A stretch of 53,104 bases of DNA, counting the filler, from Catajapyx aquilonaris (lineage: Eukaryota), in the NCBI GenBank assembly GCA_000934665.2. It is 3 parts of 3 records of this genome, joined end to end, with 100 filler letters (N's around TTAATTAATTAA, not from the genome) between each part and the next. Parts side by side here need not be neighbours in the genome. Positions count along the whole stretch, not along the records: positions 35,413 to 53,104 come from JYFJ02006906.1; 2 more parts are not named here. One strand, written 5' to 3'. Positions 48,560 through 53,104 of the stretch are shown piece after piece; position 1 is the stretch's first letter, and each line of letters opens with the position of its first letter. The translations under genes were made by a program, and so were the position numbers. Under the pieces are notes generated by a model, which searched no databases, had not been told where the DNA came from, and saw only the letters and a list, made by a program, of their open reading frames with translations.

Positions 48560-49655
48560 ATATGGGTCAAAACTATCGCATGTACAGTAAAACCTGTCTA
48601 TGTTGGACACTGACGGTTAGGAAAATGTCCAACATAAGGAGGTGTCCAACTTGCATTTCGGTGCAAACAGGCTGCTTATCAATTATCGTGAGAATGTATG
48701 CAGCATGTGCCCTAACAAGTATAGATATTTACTATTGAACCGTTTTTAATAGTGTTAAAAAGTACATGATATAAATTAATGTGAAAGGACAACTTTTCAA
48801 CCATAGCGACCTTTTCGACATGCAATCAATAAACAGGTTAAAACATTTGTGGCCGAATGAAGCCAGGATTAGGCAGGTCATGTAACGAGACGTTGATACC
48901 AGTCGCTATGTTGTCAGGTCAAAATTTTCACTCTGCTTCACATAAAATAGATGGCCCAATATGTAAGTAGCAATATCGGGCCGAAAACGGGCCCGCATTT
49001 TATTTTTAGTTTAAGGTAGTTTGAAAGATAGTGCTAAGGTTAAAGGGTAAGTCCCTCGTGTCACGCCGGCACCAGATTTTCTTAGATATTAGGATCAAAA
49101 TGCACCTTAACTGCATGTCTCGACTCACGGTGGGGGGTCGAGTTTTATGGCAAATAATTCAGATAAGCTGTTGTGGGCACACTATGCAGGGCGCTTACGG
49201 GTTGCCATATACTGTAGATCTTATCCCGCTGACCTTTATTATAGGTACCTGATTAATCGTAAGGAAACTTTCAAAAAAAAAAGTCGGCAGTATTTTTCTA
49301 AAATTGTCATTAATATAGGTCTAATTAGCCTTTTCGTCATACAGTCAGCATATACATGCAATTTTTTCTGGTTGAGTTATTTACACTATTGTGTCCGCTC
49401 TATCGCCTGGTGAATCCCATTTAATACACCGAAGCAGGTTGGTGTAGTGGTTAAGGAGTCCGACTGCTGGTTCGATTCCCGGGGCCGGCGATCCTGACTT
49501 GTTTTCCACGGTCCTCCCATGATAATTCCGGGGTCGCTTCAGTATAATAAGCCACAGCCGCTTCCTTCCTTCCCTATCCTTGGCCCCATCCATGTGTGAA
49601 AGTTTCAGAAAAAAAAATTGAGTGATAAAATGTTGGTATTCCACCCCTCTAATGG

Positions 49656-49923
49656 CAGGGGCGGATCCAGACTTTCGATTTGGGGGGGGGGGGGGGGGNA
49701 GCAAGAGCGCCGCATGCGAAAATTTTTGGGGGGTTCAAGGTCACACGAGCTTAGGTGAATGTAGGAGATTTGAATGGGTGTGTACAGTATTTGATGGAAT
49801 TGGTAGCACGTTTCCCAAAAATCATCCCAATTTGCAGATAAAAATTTAGAAAATATTTCACTTTCCATGGTTTGGGGGGGGGGGTCATGACCCCCGTGAC
49901 CCCCCCCCCTGGATCCGCCCCTG
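49656..49923. mobile_element. hAT-like MITE related to the internal sequence at 23975-24075
   Basis: CAGGGGCGGATCCAG...CTGGATCCGCCCCTG, 15-bp perfect TIR. Confidence 0.75.
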
Positions 49924-51161
49924 TCCCAATGGGGTGAAATAATAAAATAAAAAAATAAATTCCATTTAATACTAAAAATTCAAACGGGGCCCAAAATAAT
50001 GATTTTTTTTTGCATTCACTAGCATGTAAACAAGTAAACAAATATTTCCTTCCGAATATCTCCTAACTGGATTTTGGACTTCGTGGATGTCACTTGCATA
50101 CTGACAAATACAGGGTGTGTCATAAAGATTCGGACAAACTCATGGGGGCGACTGTGCAGTAACTGAAGTGAATTAGTGTTAATCAAAGCGTGTTTCATAC
50201 CATCACCTATGTAGCGTTATGGAAACAATGACCTGTTAACTTCACCATCCCCTATTCATATTGCATAGATACTGCTCCTGGGTAGAGCAGAATGTCGCAA
50301 CTGCACAGCCTTCATATTCTGGCTGCAATAACACGAGATAATTCATGAACTCATCTCCCATTCCAAGTTACTGAGGTTCTCCAATGGCATCCCGCAATTT
50401 CCTAAATAAATAAGCCCTTACATCTGCCGTGCTGGTATCAGGGCTGGACCAACATACCATTGTTTAGTTATACTACTATGTGCTCACCCCAGCTCGGCAT
50501 ATTCTTATGAAAATTGCCATCACGGCCAGCACGCATCCCTCGACAATAATGCATTATTGAATCAATCAATGGACGCAAGTGCTGCTCACCAGTCCCTAGG
50601 GCTCTTTCTGTAAATTATTGAGGAAAGTTGGAAGGCTCCACCGCCAACGGTCAAAACAAATCGAACGACACACGTACCGAAAATGGCAGTTCGTGGACTT
50701 TAAGGGGGGTACTTAAGCAATTGGAATTCTACTTCCGACTGTTTCCGAGAAAACGGTAGTGCCATCTAAGGTTGTTTCTTCCTTTTATGGCGTACATAGA
50801 GGGCGTCTCTTGCTTGGTACAGCCTTAAGACTGGAAAGTATATATGGAAAAGAACAAGCCGCATTTCAACATACCAACCCTAGATCATTCTGAGATGATG
50901 TAACCTTTCAAGGACGCTCTCCACACGTCATTTCTGATGTCAACAAGGCTCAGCTTGGAGAAAAGCCAGCAGGTATCGGGCGCAGAATTTCAACGAATAA
51001 AAAATTGGCATTTCAGAGAAAATTCATCATTATTTTTTATGGGAATGAACTGTACGAGTGCAGTGGGTGCGTCAGTAAATCTCGTCTAAACTGCTAAAGC
51101 TATAATCTCCTGCTGCCGAGAAATGACCAGTCTCTGCCGGCCATTTCTTTGTCAACTACTA

Positions 51162-51628
51162 TCGATATCAACTAGCAGACTTAATATTTTTGCTAAAGAT
51201 ACGTTTTCTGACACGCGTCAACTTTTCTGTTCGCTTTTAAACTTTTTCGAGAGAGAAAAGTCTTATAGCACGGCTCTGTCTGTCTGTCTGTGGACAGGTA
51301 TCAGACAGACAGAGCCGTGCTATAAGACTTTTTTCTCTCGAAAAAGTTTAAAAGCGAACAGAAAAGTTGACGCGTGTCAGAAAACGTATCTTTAGCAAAA
51401 ATATTAAGTCTGCTAGTTGATATCGAGTCTTATAGCACGGCTCTGTCTGTCTGTCTGTCTGTGGACAGGTATCAGACAGACAGAGCCGTACTATAAGACT
51501 TTTTCCAATTTTCGTGTTCCGGGTTCCCTTCCCTCTGGCTGCCCCCTCCCAACACCGCCCCTTACCCCATGATGCCCGATACCTGTCCACAGACGCACGG
51601 ACGGACAGAACCGTGCTATAAGACTTTT
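51162..51628. repeat. 265-bp near-perfect palindrome plus reiterated hairpin module (GTCT microsatellite, Helentron/DINE-like)
   Basis: 51162-51426 folds on itself; the core AGTCTTATAGCACGGCTCTGTC...GACAGAGCCGTGCTATAAGACT recurs at 51426-51500 and partly at 51577-51628. Confidence 0.8.
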
Positions 51629-51781
51629 TTCGATTGATTAAAAATGTCTAAAAGATGGGTTTGCTAAGATAGATTTTTTAAAGGCGAAATGGGCAGTCTG
51701 GGGGTAGCAGGAGGGAGGGGGGAAAGGATAAGTCCACTTTTGGCCCAAAATGAGCTATGGGTGGTTTCAGTTTCAGTCCCA

Positions 51782-52916
51782 GTACTATGAGGCTCAAATT
51801 GTTTTGGCCACTTTATCCTGGTCTTGAAGCAACCCTTCACACACACACACCTGCTAAACGTGGGGCCTGTGCGAAGGGTTGGTTCAAGACCAGGATAAAG
51901 TGGCCAAAACAATTTGAGCCCCATAGTACGTTGGTGACAATAGCAGTAAACATGAAAAAGTCTACTCTAATCACGCTACTCTAATTTGCTAATCTTGTTT
52001 AAAGGTGCGTTTATATATGTGGGCGATTTTACGAGCGAAGTCTTCGCCAATGCTGAGTAACCCAAGTAACCAATTAGGCGAAAATCGCTTGTTAATTTCA
52101 GCTTCGGCGAAGGCTTCGCTCGTCAAATCGCCCACATGTAAACGCACCTTTAAAGTTTTAAACATCAGTTAATTGGAGAATAATTAAGATTTTATACCGC
52201 GACCTGAATTTTACCGAGGATTCAGCTTGTAAGATATCCACCAAATCACCAGGGACAAGTTGTTGACTTGAGTCTCTTCCGGTACCTGCACATTTTCCAA
52301 AGCGTTCATAATTACCAGGCCCGGCCCCGATACAACTGAAAAACGCAAATATCAAAAGTGCTGAAATGTTAAACCATGTTTATATAAATTTTACTCGCAG
52401 TAATTAGCGTAGATGAGGGATAGCAAAAAAAAGGGGGGGGGGGGTATGGAAGGGAGGGCAAGTCCGTGAAACGTAAATCCTTAGATATTTCATTTTGCAT
52501 TTAGCCTTGTCCTCCAATTAGGGTAGGATTTGGACCAAGAGGCAGGCGTCAGCGCGTGTGTCGAGTCTGGAAGCCAGCGTGTAATTACTTCTGCTCTGGC
52601 TTTAGCCCCATTTACATAACGACCAACATGTTTCTCGCCTGCTCTCATTTTTTATTCATACTATTTCAACATATTTCCTCGTTCATAAATGTAGGAGAGG
52701 CCTATACTCAAAATGCGATCCAAAATAATGTTTCTTTCAACTAAATCGTAAGGTTCCTGCCAAACATTTGTATTGTACACTACAATAAAAAATTGTATGT
52801 GCCCCCGCAAGCAGCGCCAAGAGCGGGCGGCGCTCACACTTGTTTCCACCCGCGCCCGCATTTGGCGCTGCTTGCGGAGTCGCATACCATTTTTATTGTA
52901 GTTTACAATACAAATT
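51782..52916. mobile_element. Three unrelated ~150-bp palindromic MITEs (51782-51929, 51998-52154, 52766-52916)
   Basis: Each has 50-65-bp inverted arms; the middle one has TAA-AGGTGCGTTTA...TAAACGCACCT-TTA Harbinger-like ends. Confidence 0.7.
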
Positions 52917-53104
52917 ATTTGGTTGATGCAACCAACATTTTAGTTTCCGTAGATAACACTTTAGTGGGGGCTTAACGTCGGCCTGCGTCAGCCTATTTCT
53001 GCTGCTAAAGGCGCGTTCACACTAGCTACGAAACGAACGGAACGGTATGACGGAACGAACGGAAAGAGGGGAAAGGTGTTCAGACACAAAAGCGAGTGGC
53101 GTGG

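Overview
Eukaryotic DNA, most likely from an arthropod (spliceosomal introns, an intronless ionotropic receptor, tRNA-derived SINEs, many MITEs). The window is three contigs joined by artificial 100-bp N/TTAATTAATTAA spacers (17596-17695, 35313-35412). Contig 1 is a dense minus-strand cluster of secreted-protein genes that the ORF track misses because they are spliced. It holds a 7-exon trypsin-fold serine protease homolog (catalytic His replaced by Gln), a decayed paralog of it, and an orphan coding exon. It also holds a tandem array of small two-exon peptide genes: five intact (A, B, C, E, F) and two fragments (D, G). The intact genes start MKS and carry the signal peptide on exon 1, followed by a phase-1 intron. 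Four encode a Pro/aromatic N-terminus plus a 6-Cys C-terminus whose core spacing resembles secapin and GBP/ENF peptides; one encodes a Cys-free Pro-rich peptide (RPPYFPPPFFPP). Paralog pairs show conserved signal/UTR sequence but replacement-rich mature regions. The array lies head-to-head with a 672-aa divergent ionotropic receptor, whose 5' end was co-duplicated. Contig 2 holds a multi-exon coiled-coil gene with apparent frameshifts; its introns contain nested transposons, including hAT > foldback > Transib with RSS-like ends. Contig 3 is mostly MITEs and SINEs, with possible decayed IR remnants. All gene models were derived by eye and have no expression support.
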